Shown: positions 33,618-42,071 of the stretch, in pieces | How positions within the stretch are numbered: the first letter of the stretch is position 1 | Layout: each line of letters starts with the position of its first letter | Program-made: the position numbers and the translations under genes | Notes under the pieces: model-generated | The model's input: the letters and a program-made list of their open reading frames with translations, nothing else | Database searches by the model: none | Told to the model about the DNA's origin: nothing | Assembly: GCA_001782805.1 (NCBI GenBank) | Contig: MFPT01000003.1 | Coordinates: 1 to 42,071, forward strand | Length of the DNA stretch: 42,071 bases | Reading direction: 5' to 3' | Source: Candidatus Magasanikbacteria bacterium RIFCSPHIGHO2_01_FULL_41_23 | Lineage (GTDB): Bacteria; Patescibacteriota; Patescibacteriia; Magasanikbacterales; UBA922

Positions 33618-34538
33618 TTAATCCGCTTCAATCGTTGTTCTCCAACCATCATACTCACCGTTACACTCGACGGCAATTTTCCATAAATAAATCACATATT
33701 CATTTACGCTTTCCAAGTCCACTTTATCCACTCTCTTGATATGTAAGATGAATGGGAATTTTTTCTCTGATTCGTCAAATTTTTGTTCAACTATATCAAA
33801 ATCATCTTTTTTAATTTTTGAGATAAATTTATCTCTATCTTTTTCTGTTTCAAAATATATCCAATGATCAACCGCTCGCTCTTTTTTTAAAATATCTCCT
33901 CCTTTTTTTAGTTCGTCTATTATTTGACGATTACTTATTCTTTGTAATTCTTCTGGCTTAGGATATAAAAAGTCAAAATAATAACTCCAATTTTTGTCCT
34001 CTTTTGAACCAATAGTAAAATTATATTTTGGATAGACAGCCATAACTTCAGAAATTGCCTTATCATAAAGTTTAGTCTGATCAACATAGAAATAAAAATC
34101 CCTACGTCCGTCAGAAGTCAGACGTCCGGCATACGTTGATTTAAATTTTGCAGTTATTTTATTAACCAAATCTTTTCCAATAATACCAAGAATTCCACTC
34201 TCCTCTTGTGAAGAAAGTCCATTTTTATCAGGATTGTTCATGGTGATGGAAATCCAGATTAAGTTTGACTCATTTTTTATTGGGGCAATTTTATGCAAAC
34301 CAAGGTCAACAAATATTGAACTTACTTTATCATCGACATTGCTAAAATAAAATTCCCATTTTTCCTGATATTCATTTTCAGGTTGTAAATTTTTTGACTG
34401 TTGATTTATCTCCGATTTGTTGAAAATTTTTTTAAAAAGCCCCATAGAAATTACTGTTATTATAAGTCCCATTAAAATTATGGGTATAATTATTTTTATT
34501 CTATTTTTAATCATATCGTTCGCCAGTCTTTTCCGCAT
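33618..34538 (-). CDS. Membrane-anchored protein, tentatively DUF695/RraB-like
   Basis: N-terminal TM helix. [21 protein letters not shown] and [19 protein letters not shown] resemble DUF695 and RraB-type domains as I recall them. An alternative start at ATG 34514 overlaps the prfA stop by 8 nt. Confidence 0.5.
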   Translation of the reverse strand: MRKRLANDMIKNRIKIIIPIILMGLIITVISMGLFKKIFNKSEINQQSKNLQPENEYQEKWEFYFSNVDDKVSSIFVDLGLHKIAPIKNESNLIWISITMNNPDKNGLSSQEESGILGIIGKDLVNKITAKFKSTYAGRLTSDGRRDFYFYVDQTKLYDKAISEVMAVYPKYNFTIGSKEDKNWSYYFDFLYPKPEELQRISNRQIIDELKKGGDILKKERAVDHWIYFETEKDRDKFISKIKKDDFDIVEQKFDESEKKFPFILHIKRVDKVDLESVNEYVIYLWKIAVECNGEYDGWRTTIEAD

Positions 34539-35571
34539 AATCAGCCGCGCGTAACGCGGAAATAATCGGTTCCAAATTACCGTTTAAAATCGTGGGGATA
34601 TTATTCCAGCTCTCGTGAATGCGATGATCCGTAATTCGATCTTGAGGAAAATTATATGTGCGAATTTTTTCACTGCGATCGCCCGTGCCGATTTGATTTT
34701 TTCGCGCCGCATCAGTTTTGGCTTTTTTCCCCGCTTGTTGAGTTTCATACAGCCGCGCGCGCAAAACTTCCATGGCCTTGAGGCGATTTTGTTGTTGCGA
34801 ACGTTCATCTTGGCATTGCACAATCATTCCTGTGGGAATGTGGACAATGCGAACGGCCGAATATGTGGTGTTGACTGATTGGCCGCCTTTTCCGCCGGCC
34901 ATAAAAGTATCAATACGCAAATTTTTTGGATCAATTACCAATTCTGTTTCTTCAATTTCGGGAAGGACTGCCACGCTGACTGTTGAGGTGTGAATCCGGC
35001 CGGCTTTTTCCGTTTCGGGCACGCGCTGAACACGATGTACTCCCATTTCGTACTTCATTGATTTGTATACGTCGCGTCCTTTGATGGAAAAAATCACTTC
35101 TTTGTATCCGCCAATACCAATATGGCTTTCATCAATTAATCCCACTTGCCAGTTTTGACTTTCAGCGTATTTCATATATAAGCGCATCATTTCGGCCGCG
35201 AATAGGGCGGATTCATCTCCGCCCGCGCCCGCGCGGATTTCCACAATGACGTTTTTTTTGTCCATGGGATCGGTGGGACGAATTAGTTCGGCCAATTCCG
35301 CTTCTAATTTTTGTATTTTTTCTTTTAAAGAATTTAATTCTGTTCGTGCCATTTCCGCCATTTCGTCAGTTCCTTGTGATAATTTTTCCGTGGCGATTAG
35401 TTCCGTTTCAATTTTTTCCAATGTTAATATTTTTTCGCATACTGGTTTCAAATCAGTGTATTCACTGGAAGCGGTTTTTAATTTTTCTTGATTATTAATG
35501 ACAACCGGATCTTGCAAAGCGGTTTCCAATGATAAAAATTTATTTTTTAGGTCAAGGTATTTTTGGATCAT
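34507..35571 (-). CDS. prfA: Peptide chain release factor 1
   Basis: GGQ motif [13 protein letters not shown]1-type tripeptide in RVQRVPETE. Trimmed to ATG 35571 (the track start is TTG 35586). Confidence 0.95.
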   Translation of the reverse strand: MIQKYLDLKNKFLSLETALQDPVVINNQEKLKTASSEYTDLKPVCEKILTLEKIETELIATEKLSQGTDEMAEMARTELNSLKEKIQKLEAELAELIRPTDPMDKKNVIVEIRAGAGGDESALFAAEMMRLYMKYAESQNWQVGLIDESHIGIGGYKEVIFSIKGRDVYKSMKYEMGVHRVQRVPETEKAGRIHTSTVSVAVLPEIEETELVIDPKNLRIDTFMAGGKGGQSVNTTYSAVRIVHIPTGMIVQCQDERSQQQNRLKAMEVLRARLYETQQAGKKAKTDAARKNQIGTGDRSEKIRTYNFPQDRITDHRIHESWNNIPTILNGNLEPIISALRAADYAEKTGERYD

Positions 35572-35636
35572 ATTTTTTAAATTCAATTAACACTTTAAGG
35601 AAATCAAATTAAACTAATTAAAACCAAATCATTATT

Positions 35637-35792
35637 AATTTCAGTAGTAGTTAATTTTCTTTTCAGTAAAACTCGCTATTCTTTTACTCTCCCAGTCTCT
35701 ATCCTTATTGATAGCTAATATATTCTTTCCAAGCAAGAGGAAAGAAAGCTCATACACATTACTGAAAAAGAAAATTAACTACTACTGAAATT
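35637..35792. repeat. 156-nt inverted-repeat element (MITE-like)
   Basis: Arms aatttcagtagtagttaattttcttttcagtaa (35637-35669) and ttactgaaaaagaaaattaactactactgaaatt (35759-35792) are complementary except for a 1-nt indel. The core holds an 8-bp hairpin ttctttcc-aagcaaga-ggaaagaa. Confidence 0.75.
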
Positions 35793-36050
35793 ACCCCAAT
35801 GCCCAATGCAACACCAGAACATTCAATGTACTAATAAGCAAAATGGAGACGAATATACTTTTGCTGAAAGCTGAGTATATTGACTTACTGAGAATGCATA
35901 ATCCGTTAGACTATCAGTTGAACAAAAGGATATCGTCGAATTTTGCTTACATGTTAGCACGAATGAAGTTTGATTACGACTTAGGAGACGGAGTTTTTAT
36001 GAGTTAGTAAAAGCGAAGTTTGCCGATAATATAGAAAGAACAAAGTTTTT

Positions 36051-36082
36051 TGAAAACAAAAACAGGCCAGCGACCTGTTTTC
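36051..36082 (-). terminator. Rho-independent (bidirectional-looking) terminator after rpmE
   Basis: Stem acagg/cctgt with loop ccagcga, flanked by an A-run and a T-run. On the minus strand it is followed by tttttgttttc. Confidence 0.65.
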
Positions 36083-36094
36083 AATTGTACTTAA

Positions 36095-36391
36095 CTATTT
36101 AGCTACTTCAGCCTTTGTTTCAGCGTTAGCTTTTGTTTTGCGCGCAGCAGTTTTGACTTTCTTGCCTTTGCGTGTTTCGGCCGCGGCATTGACCTTACTC
36201 ATTTTTTCTTGGAATTTTTCCACGCGACGAGCCGTGTCAACCAGACGTTCTTGGCCAGTATAAAATGGATGACAAGCGCTGCAAATTTCCATGCGCAGGT
36301 TTTCTTTGGTTGAACCGGTTACAAAAGAATTGCCACAGGCGCAGGTTACGGTAACATTTGACGAATATTTAGGGTGAATTTTTTCTTTCAT
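36095..36391 (-). CDS. rpmE: 50S ribosomal protein L31 with Lys/Ala-rich C-terminal tail
   Basis: KIHPKY and CSACHPFYTGQ. Trimmed to ATG 36391 because the longer ORF overlaps the predicted -10. Confidence 0.9.
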   Translation of the reverse strand: MKEKIHPKYSSNVTVTCACGNSFVTGSTKENLRMEICSACHPFYTGQERLVDTARRVEKFQEKMSKVNAAAETRKGKKVKTAARKTKANAETKAEVAK

Positions 36392-36410
36392 ACAAAATAA
36401 TAATGAGCGC

Positions 36411-36440
36411 ACTATAGCATATTGATTTTATTCTTGTCAA
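36411..36440 (-). promoter_or_regulatory. Promoter of rpmE
   Basis: Minus strand: TTGACA (36440-36435), 18 nt, TATAGT (36416-36411). Confidence 0.55.
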
Positions 36441-36503
36441 TACAGTTTTGGTCATTCAGCCCTCGATTCTATTTACCTGAAGAGATAAACAAAGTGGAGG
36501 GCG

Positions 36504-36538
36504 GCTCGCGGATCTGCTGGGGAGATCGACGCGAGCCA
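36504..36538 (-). terminator. GC-rich nested hairpin downstream of ORF 36549..37082
   Basis: ggctcgcg / cgcgagcc outer stem with gatct / agatc inner stem. There is no clean U-run, so the terminator call is tentative. Confidence 0.4.
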
Positions 36539-36548
36539 GAGGTGGAAG

Positions 36549-37082
36549 CTAGTCAGTGCGCGCAGGCCACAGTGGCTTGATGTAGTAGATGTCGCCGCGA
36601 TGGTGGCCGGCATCTTCGTAAGTCAAACCGAGCGAGTCGAGGATGGCGTCAAGTCCTTCTTCACATCGCGTATCCATGATCTTGGTCGTTACTTTTCGAT
36701 CTACGGTTCCCATGGTTGGGATCAAGATCATACCGCGGCACTCCTTCATGATGAAAGCGAGGACTTGGCCAAAGTCCGCATCTTTAATCACTAGGTTGAA
36801 AGGAGTGATAGTATCGAAGTCAGGATTCGAACATTTCGCGAGCTCGTCTGCAAGCCTGTTGTTCTCTTCCTCGCTGAATCTGATTATCTCGCTTGTTCGG
36901 AAGAACACACGGATAATCTCGGCCTCAAGTTTGTGGATCGTATTGGCCTGCTGAGCAACGGTCGATTCGTACTCAGCAGTTACGTCCCTCAACCTGTTCA
37001 TGAGCAAAATCTGGCCAATGGACTGAGTAATAATTGCCACGATTAAAATAAATCGGACAAAACCATCTGACGGCTTTTGCAC
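36549..37082 (-). CDS. TM + coiled-coil protein with a secretin-N0/STN-like C-terminal domain (tentative)
   Basis: N-terminal TM (FILIVAIITQSIGQILL). The C-terminal pattern IKDADFGQVLAFIMKECRGMILIP..KVTTKIMDTRCEEGLDAILDSLGLTY resembles STN/secretin N0 modules. It is markedly more GC-rich than its neighbours. Confidence 0.45.
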   Translation of the reverse strand: MQKPSDGFVRFILIVAIITQSIGQILLMNRLRDVTAEYESTVAQQANTIHKLEAEIIRVFFRTSEIIRFSEEENNRLADELAKCSNPDFDTITPFNLVIKDADFGQVLAFIMKECRGMILIPTMGTVDRKVTTKIMDTRCEEGLDAILDSLGLTYEDAGHHRGDIYYIKPLWPARTD

Positions 37083-37135
37083 TTTTGTCTCCTTTTTTGT
37101 TTAAGTCACTAGGCAATAATAGCTCAAAATCAATT

Positions 37136-37179
37136 TTTGTCAATTGCCGTTTGACAAAAAGCGTAGTCTTTATTACACT
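37136..37179 (+). promoter_or_regulatory. rpsB promoter with a palindromic -35 region
   Basis: TTGACA (37151-37156), 17 nt, TACACT (37174-37179). tttgtcaa (37136-37143) / ttgacaaa (37151-37158) form a perfect inverted repeat. Confidence 0.55.
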
Positions 37180-37253
37180 AGCCCCACTTATTTATCCCTC
37201 ACTCTTCGATACGTCGTAGTCCTGATTATATCCGGGCCAAGGCGCTTCATTTT

Positions 37254-37290
37254 CCTCTTTCCGACCACTCGGAAGGTTACGAAGAGGAGG
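37254..37290 (+). promoter_or_regulatory. rpsB leader hairpin overlapping the purine-rich SD region
   Basis: cctcttt (37254-37260) pairs with gaagagg (37281-37287). The inner stem is tccga-ccac-tcgga. gaggagg lies at 37284-37290, upstream of ATG 37305. Confidence 0.4.
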
Positions 37291-37304
37291 AACAAGGAAA
37301 AATT

Positions 37305-38000
37305 ATGAAAACTCCGACAATTCTGGAAATGCTCCAGGCCGGCGCCCACTTTGGGCATCATGTGTCACGCTGGCATCCTCAGATGAAGCCGTTCATTTTT
37401 ACTGAACGCAATCGTATTCATATTTTAAATTTGGAAAAAACCGAAGCGCAGTTAAACACGGTTTTACCGGCCATTAAACAAATGGCGGCCGAAGGCAAAC
37501 AGATTTTGTTTGTTACTACCAAACCACAGGCACGCGAACTGGTTAAACAAGCGGCGATTGATTGTGGTATGCCTTATTTGACTGAACGTTGGTTGGGCGG
37601 CATGTTGACAAATTTTTCGGAAATCAAAAAATTAATCAAAAAATACATTTCTTTGAAAGACAAACAGGCCAAAGGCGAATTGTCCAATTATACTAAAAAA
37701 GAACAATTGGAAATTTCCAAAGAACTGGAAAAAATGGATACGTTTCTCGCCGGTCTTGTTACGTTGGATCGCATGCCCGATGCTTTATTTATTCCTTCGG
37801 TTCAGCGAGAAAAAACCGCCATGACTGAAGCCGGCAAGACAGGAGTGGAAATTATCGGTATTTGCGATACCAATGCCAATCCGACTAAAGTGACTCATGT
37901 GATTCCGGCCAATGATGACGCGGTCAAATCAATCACTATTATGGTGCATTTGGTTCGCGACGCAATAAATGAAGGTAAACTTGCCCAAAAATCAGCTTAA
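37305..38000 (+). CDS. rpsB: 30S ribosomal protein S2
   Basis: LEMLQAGAHFGH and WLGGMLTNF with full-length S2 similarity. Confidence 0.95.
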   Translation: MKTPTILEMLQAGAHFGHHVSRWHPQMKPFIFTERNRIHILNLEKTEAQLNTVLPAIKQMAAEGKQILFVTTKPQARELVKQAAIDCGMPYLTERWLGGMLTNFSEIKKLIKKYISLKDKQAKGELSNYTKKEQLEISKELEKMDTFLAGLVTLDRMPDALFIPSVQREKTAMTEAGKTGVEIIGICDTNANPTKVTHVIPANDDAVKSITIMVHLVRDAINEGKLAQKSA

Positions 38001-38024
38001 TTTATTTTTTTAAATTTATTATCT

Positions 38025-38675
38025 ATGGCAATTACTGCCAGTGATGTTGCCAAACTCCGCGCTCAAACCGGAGCCGGCATACTTGATTGTAAAAAAGCAT
38101 TGGAAGAAACAAATGGTGATTTTGAAACTGCTATTGATTTACTTCGTAAAAGAGGAATAACTAAAGCGGCCAAACGCGCGGACAAAGTCGCGGCTGAAGG
38201 CACAGTGATTAGCTATATTCATGGCGCAGGTAGAATTGGTGTTTTGGTTGAAGTAAATTGTGAAACGGATTTTGTGGCACGTACTGACAGTTTTAAAAAT
38301 TTAGCGATGGATATTGCCATGCACATTGCCGCGGTCGCGCCAAAATATCTAAGTCGTGAGGAAGTTTCAGTCGAAGAATTGGAACGTGAAAAAGCCGTGT
38401 ATCGGGATCAACTGGCGAATGAAGGCAAACCAGCGGAAATGCTGGAAAAAATTGTAGAAGGAAAACTGGCAAAATTTTACGCGGAAATTTGTTTGCTCGA
38501 ACAAATTTTTATTAAAGATGAAACCAAAACAATTGAAGGTTTGTTAAATGAAAAAGTGGGGGAAATTGGTGAAAAAATTACCATACGTCGTTTTGCTCGT
38601 TATGAGCTTGGTGAAGGGATTGAAAAACCAGTGGTTGATTTTGTGGCTGAAGTCGGAAATGAATTGAATAAATAA
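38025..38675 (+). CDS. tsf: Elongation factor Ts (short form)
   Basis: VAKLRAQTGAGILDCKKALEETNGD UBA-like N-terminus and EVNCETDFVAR. Follows rpsB. Confidence 0.95.
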   Translation: MAITASDVAKLRAQTGAGILDCKKALEETNGDFETAIDLLRKRGITKAAKRADKVAAEGTVISYIHGAGRIGVLVEVNCETDFVARTDSFKNLAMDIAMHIAAVAPKYLSREEVSVEELEREKAVYRDQLANEGKPAEMLEKIVEGKLAKFYAEICLLEQIFIKDETKTIEGLLNEKVGEIGEKITIRRFARYELGEGIEKPVVDFVAEVGNELNK

Positions 38676-38701
38676 TCTACTCGCACTTGTCCACAGTTTT
38701 T

Positions 38702-38731
38702 AAATCTCCTGCGTAAAGTAGGAGATTTTTG
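38702..38731 (+). terminator. Rho-independent terminator after tsf
   Basis: Perfect 9-bp stem aaatctcct (38702-38710) / aggagattt (38720-38728) followed by T residues. Confidence 0.75.
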
Positions 38732-38789
38732 TATCGTTTCTTATTTAATAATTTGTTATACTACATAGGCTTTATTCCAGCGTCCTTTT

Positions 38790-41700
38790 ATGTTATTGAA
38801 TAGAAAGAAATATAGACTTTCTTACCTAGCCTCAATTACTGCGTTTATTACGGTTTGCAATTTAATCCTTGGACCGTTGTTCTTTAGTTTTGAAAGTAAT
38901 GTTATTCCCAAAGTAAAAGCCGCGGCCGTTACTTGGGTTGCAGGTGCTACGGGAACATGGGAAACCGGAACGAACTGGAGTAGTGGCGTTGTTCCCACCA
39001 CTGCGGATGATGTGACTATTTCCAGTTCAACTGGCAATATTGTGGTAACTTTGTCAACGGGACAAACGGCTAATTTTGCGTCACTTATCGTGGGCGGTGA
39101 CAGTACCAGATACGCGACAACTACTTTTGTGGGCAATATTGGCACTGCCGTTAGTACTACTATTGCCACCAAAGGAACCATAATACAAAAAAATACCGCC
39201 ACTCAAACATTAACCGGAAATTTAACGATCCAAAGCGGAGGAGTTTTGACTCATGAAGCCAATACCACTGCGCAAGATTACGAACTTGATTTCAGTGTTG
39301 CGTCTGTTAATATCCAATCTGGCGGTAAAATTGATACTGATGGTAAAGGATATTCCGGTGGCGCTAGTGGTAGTAATGGTAATGGAACTGGCGGCGGAAT
39401 TGGTGTTGGTAGTGGACGGGGTGGCGGAGGAGCCCATGGTGGCGATGGTGGAATCGGCGGTGATGCAGTTGGTGGAACAGGATATTGTGATATTAGCAGT
39501 CCGGCAACAATTGGTTCGGGAGGTGGTGGTGGTGGACAAGAGAAAAGCGGTACAGCGGGTGGTGGTGTTATTATTTTGAATGCCTCAGGAACGGCCACAA
39601 TTAATGGCACTATTACGGCTGATGGTACAAACGGAACTGATAATGGCGGTTCTGGTGCCGGCGGTGGTGTAAAGATTGTGGCTGGTACTATTACCGGAAC
39701 TCCCGAAAGTTTTACGGTTACAGGTGGAGTTTCATCTGGTAGCGGTGCGGCTGGTGGCGGTGGTGGCTGTGTGCTTCTAAATTACACAACGTCCAATAGT
39801 ATTTCTCCGACCACGACGATAATCATGTCCGGTGGTGCCGGTGGTGGTACTGGATATCGCGGTGGCGCAGGTGTTACTTATGTGAAACAAGTCGGTACAA
39901 ACGGTGATTTATATTCAATTAACAGTGGTACCTCCGGAGCCGGCTCAACGCAAGGAACCACTTCTCTTACGGTTGATTCGGTTACATTAACAACCAGTCC
40001 GACATATATTGTTCCCACGGGGAAAACTTTGGTTGTTCGTAATAGTAATCCATTTGTTGCTGGTGACGCAACAGGTATTCTTCAGGTAAATTCCGGAGCT
40101 ACTTTTACTCCAACGTCCACAACTGATTTTGTAATAGCGAGTTCCACACTTCAAATCTTGAGAGGATCTACTATAACATCTTCATCCAGTCTTGATGTGA
40201 TTCTTGAATACGGTGGTACGCTTGATATGCGTTATTTCACCACGTCTTCAAACGCGTTTCCACTGGACACACTCTATGTTAAAAATGGCGGTCTTGTTAC
40301 TCATGGCGCCAATACTACGACTCAGGCTCATGTTATTAATTTGTCATTTACTTCTTCCACTATTGCGACCGGAGGTTCAATTAATGTTGATGGTAAAGGA
40401 TATTCCGGTGGCGCTAGTGGTAGTAATGGTAATGGAACTGGCGGCGGAATTGGTGTTGGCAGTGGACAAGGTGGTGGTGGTGCTCATGCCGGTGCCGGTG
40501 GTACCACTGGTGAAGCTGCTGGTGGTTCAGCGTATTGTGTTACCAGTAATCCTGGAACTCTAGGTTCGGGTGGTGGTGGTGGTGGACAAAGCACGTATGG
40601 CACGGCAGGGGGAGGTTTGGTTATACTGTCTGCTAGCGGTGCTCTTACTGTTGCCGGTACTATAACTGCCGGTGGAACATCAAGCACGGGTAGAGGAGGA
40701 GCCGGCGGAGCTGGCGGAGTAAAGATAACCGCGGATGTTGTGGCGGGCACACCGCAAAGTTTTATCACTGTGGGTGGAAATGGAACTAGTTCTGTTGCCG
40801 GTGGCGGTGGTGGCTGTATTTATATTCTTTATACGACGAGTAATTCCATCGCAGCGGGCAATATATCGGTTGCCGGTGGTACTTCAGTTTCAGGCGGCGG
40901 GTTTAATGGTGGCACGGGTAATTTTACTGCCACTCAAAATAATTCCGCTCCGACTGCGGCCGGTTTTCCTTTTTCAAACGCCAGTACCGCTCAAACAGGA
41001 ACGTTTAATCCCACGTTATTAACGACGACAACACCATCATTTTCCGCATTATATATTGATTCCGATGCTTCCGACACCGCGACCAAAGCTCATATTCAAA
41101 TGAGTACCAGTTCTTCGTTTACCACCATTAGTCATTGGGATTCCGGATCATCGGGAAATACTATCACGAGCTGTACTCAAGGCAATCGTTGTCAGGATTT
41201 AAAATATGGCAATTTTGGTACTGCTCCCACCACGAATTTATCTTTGAACGACGATGCTGATGAAAATTCGCAAACAGTATATTATTGGCGGCTGCATTAT
41301 TTTGATACGGCCGGTGCCATCGGGAGTTATTCCACCACTACGGCCACATTTACTTTGCTTGATATTCCCAATGAACCAAGCGGTATGGCTGCCGGATCAA
41401 TAACAGCCAGTGCAGCCACTCTGAGTTGGACTGATAATTCCAGTATAGAAAGTAATTATTTAGTCCAAGTGTCGGGAGATGGAGGAACGACATTTGCCAC
41501 GGCTACGTCAACTGCGGCCAGCGCGACCAGTATTACGACCAGCACATTAAGCGCCAATACTTCATATCTGTACCGAGTTGCCGCTCAAAATAGCGTTGGT
41601 ACTTCAACTTATAGTACATCGAGTGCGTTTTATACTCTAGCCAATATTCCCACGTCATTAACTATTCAAACTACGGGTGTGAATGGTGTACTCCAAGCAA

Positions 41701-42071
41701 GTTGGAGTGCCAATAGTAATCCGGCCGGCACATCATATTATGTGGAAGAAACCGGTAACACGAGTATTAATTCCGGTTTGATAACTGATACGTCTTATAC
41801 ATTTAGCGGTTTAACTGCCGGACAAACATACACGTTTCATGTAAAGGCGCGCAATGGTTCAGCGATCGATACTGCTTACACTGATTCAGTTTCAGCCACG
41901 CTGCCTAGTAGTGGAGCGGCTGCGCCATCGTCACCTCCGGCAATTCCTCCTCCACCGCCAATTCCTTTTCCTTTTGGTGATTTTCCACCGGATATTCCGA
42001 TTCAAGAATTTGCTCCAACCGGATTAATTAAAATTGTTTCAGCGGTTGGTGGCGAGCTTGATATTCTTAAT
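38790..42071 (+). CDS. Very large secreted/surface repeat protein, 5' partial (>=1094 codons, open at window end)
   Basis: My own translation from ATG 38790 shows no stop to 42071 (3282 nt, exactly 1094 codons). It has an N-terminal signal/anchor (LASITAFITVCNLILGPLFF) and two ~350-codon Thr/Gly-rich units, each ending in DGKGYSGGASGSNGNGTGGGIGVGSG..GGGGAH. Two FN3-like modules (..LSWTDNS..YLYRVAAQN.. and ..TYTFHVKARN..) and a Pro-rich linker follow. It is absent from the ORF track because it has no stop. Confidence 0.85.
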   Translation, partial: MLLNRKKYRLSYLASITAFITVCNLILGPLFFSFESNVIPKVKAAAVTWVAGATGTWETGTNWSSGVVPTTADDVTISSSTGNIVVTLSTGQTANFASLIVGGDSTRYATTTFVGNIGTAVSTTIATKGTIIQKNTATQTLTGNLTIQSGGVLTHEANTTAQDYELDFSVASVNIQSGGKIDTDGKGYSGGASGSNGNGTGGGIGVGSGRGGGGAHGGDGGIGGDAVGGTGYCDISSPATIGSGGGGGGQEKSGTAGGGVIILNASGTATINGTITADGTNGTDNGGSGAGGGVKIVAGTITGTPESFTVTGGVSSGSGAAGGGGGCVLLNYTTSNSISPTTTIIMSGGAGGGTGYRGGAGVTYVKQVGTNGDLYSINSGTSGAGSTQGTTSLTVDSVTLTTSPTYIVPTGKTLVVRNSNPFVAGDATGILQVNSGATFTPTSTTDFVIASSTLQILRGSTITSSSSLDVILEYGGTLDMRYFTTSSNAFPLDTLYVKNGGLVTHGANTTTQAHVINLSFTSSTIATGGSINVDGKGYSGGASGSNGNGTGGGIGVGSGQGGGGAHAGAGGTTGEAAGGSAYCVTSNPGTLGSGGGGGGQSTYGTAGGGLVILSASGALTVAGTITAGGTSSTGRGGAGGAGGVKITADVVAGTPQSFITVGGNGTSSVAGGGGGCIYILYTTSNSIAAGNISVAGGTSVSGGGFNGGTGNFTATQNNSAPTAAGFPFSNASTAQTGTFNPTLLTTTTPSFSALYIDSDASDTATKAHIQMSTSSSFTTISHWDSGSSGNTITSCTQGNRCQDLKYGNFGTAPTTNLSLNDDADENSQTVYYWRLHYFDTAGAIGSYSTTTATFTLLDIPNEPSGMAAGSITASAATLSWTDNSSIESNYLVQVSGDGGTTFATATSTAASATSITTSTLSANTSYLYRVAAQNSVGTSTYSTSSAFYTLANIPTSLTIQTTGVNGVLQASWSANSNPAGTSYYVEETGNTSINSGLITDTSYTFSGLTAGQTYTFHVKARNGSAIDTAYTDSVSATLPSSGAAAPSSPPAIPPPPPIPFPFGDFPPDIPIQEFAPTGLIKIVSAVGGELDILN
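39338..39409 (+). repeat. 72-nt identical core, unit 1 of the internal duplication
   Basis: Identical to 40388-40459, offset exactly 1050 nt (350 codons). The flanks are much more diverged. Confidence 0.9.
40388..40459 (+). repeat. 72-nt identical core, unit 2 of the internal duplication
   Basis: Identical to 39338-39409. Confidence 0.9.

Noticed and set aside
35843-36007. 54-codon + strand ORF (METNILLLKAEYIDLL..) in the rpmE-prfA gap
   Set aside because: It has no SD, no recognisable motif, and is short. I kept it only as part of the unexplained-gap observation.
36815-36835. tRNA-like T-arm string aggattcgaac
   Set aside because: It lies inside the ORF 36549..37082. It has no flanking acceptor or anticodon arm complementarity, and no other tRNA hallmarks were found in the window.
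39338-40459. The two near-identical segments in the large surface-protein gene as a DGR template/variable repeat pair
   Set aside because: No reverse transcriptase is present in the window. The 72-nt core is perfectly identical rather than differing at adenines. Mismatches outside it involve all bases, and both copies are in frame within one ORF at a 350-codon offset. This is an internal duplication.
38822-41022. Track ORFs 38822..39202(-), 39222..39539(-), 39278..39610(-), 40484..40768(-), 39253..39579(+), 40204..40563(+), 40735..41022(+)
   Set aside because: Their translations are low-complexity (Pro/Val/Thr runs), generated by the Gly-codon-rich + frame of the large surface-protein gene. 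The frame starting at 38790 is the only one open throughout.

Overview
This is an AT-rich bacterial window. The short housekeeping proteins, the intein-bearing gyrB and a giant Gly-rich surface protein fit a small-genome Patescibacteria/CPR-like organism, but that lineage call is inference only. Positions 1-9300 form a strictly co-directional (+) accessory island. It holds a type II R-M pair (the C5-MTase is certain), an IS200/IS605 tnpA unit with matching flanking hairpins, an AbiEi/AbiEii-like pair with two small flanking ORFs, an ANT(2'')-like nucleotidyltransferase, a TraD/HerA-like P-loop ATPase, a class II Fic protein and a YdeI-like ORF. The heads of the cassettes carry copies of one unassigned repeat of about 60-250 nt (four copies). 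I consider this repeat-headed cassette array the best candidate for something undescribed. Positions 9300-38700 are housekeeping. They contain pyrBI, gatB, tmk, ogt, and a secE-nusG-rplK-[ldh]-rplA string that runs directly into a dCMP deaminase-kinase-dut-thyA-folA thymidylate module. They also contain gyrB split by a 431-codon HNH intein, a SEDS protein, rplY, prfA-[insert]-prmC, rpmE and rpsB-tsf. Several hairpin or inverted-repeat elements lie between these genes, and one lies in frame inside prmC. Two short GC-rich patches look foreign. Positions 38790-42071 are the 5' part of a very large secreted repeat protein. The supplied ORF track omits it because it has no stop in the window. I recognised no rRNA, tRNA or CRISPR array.
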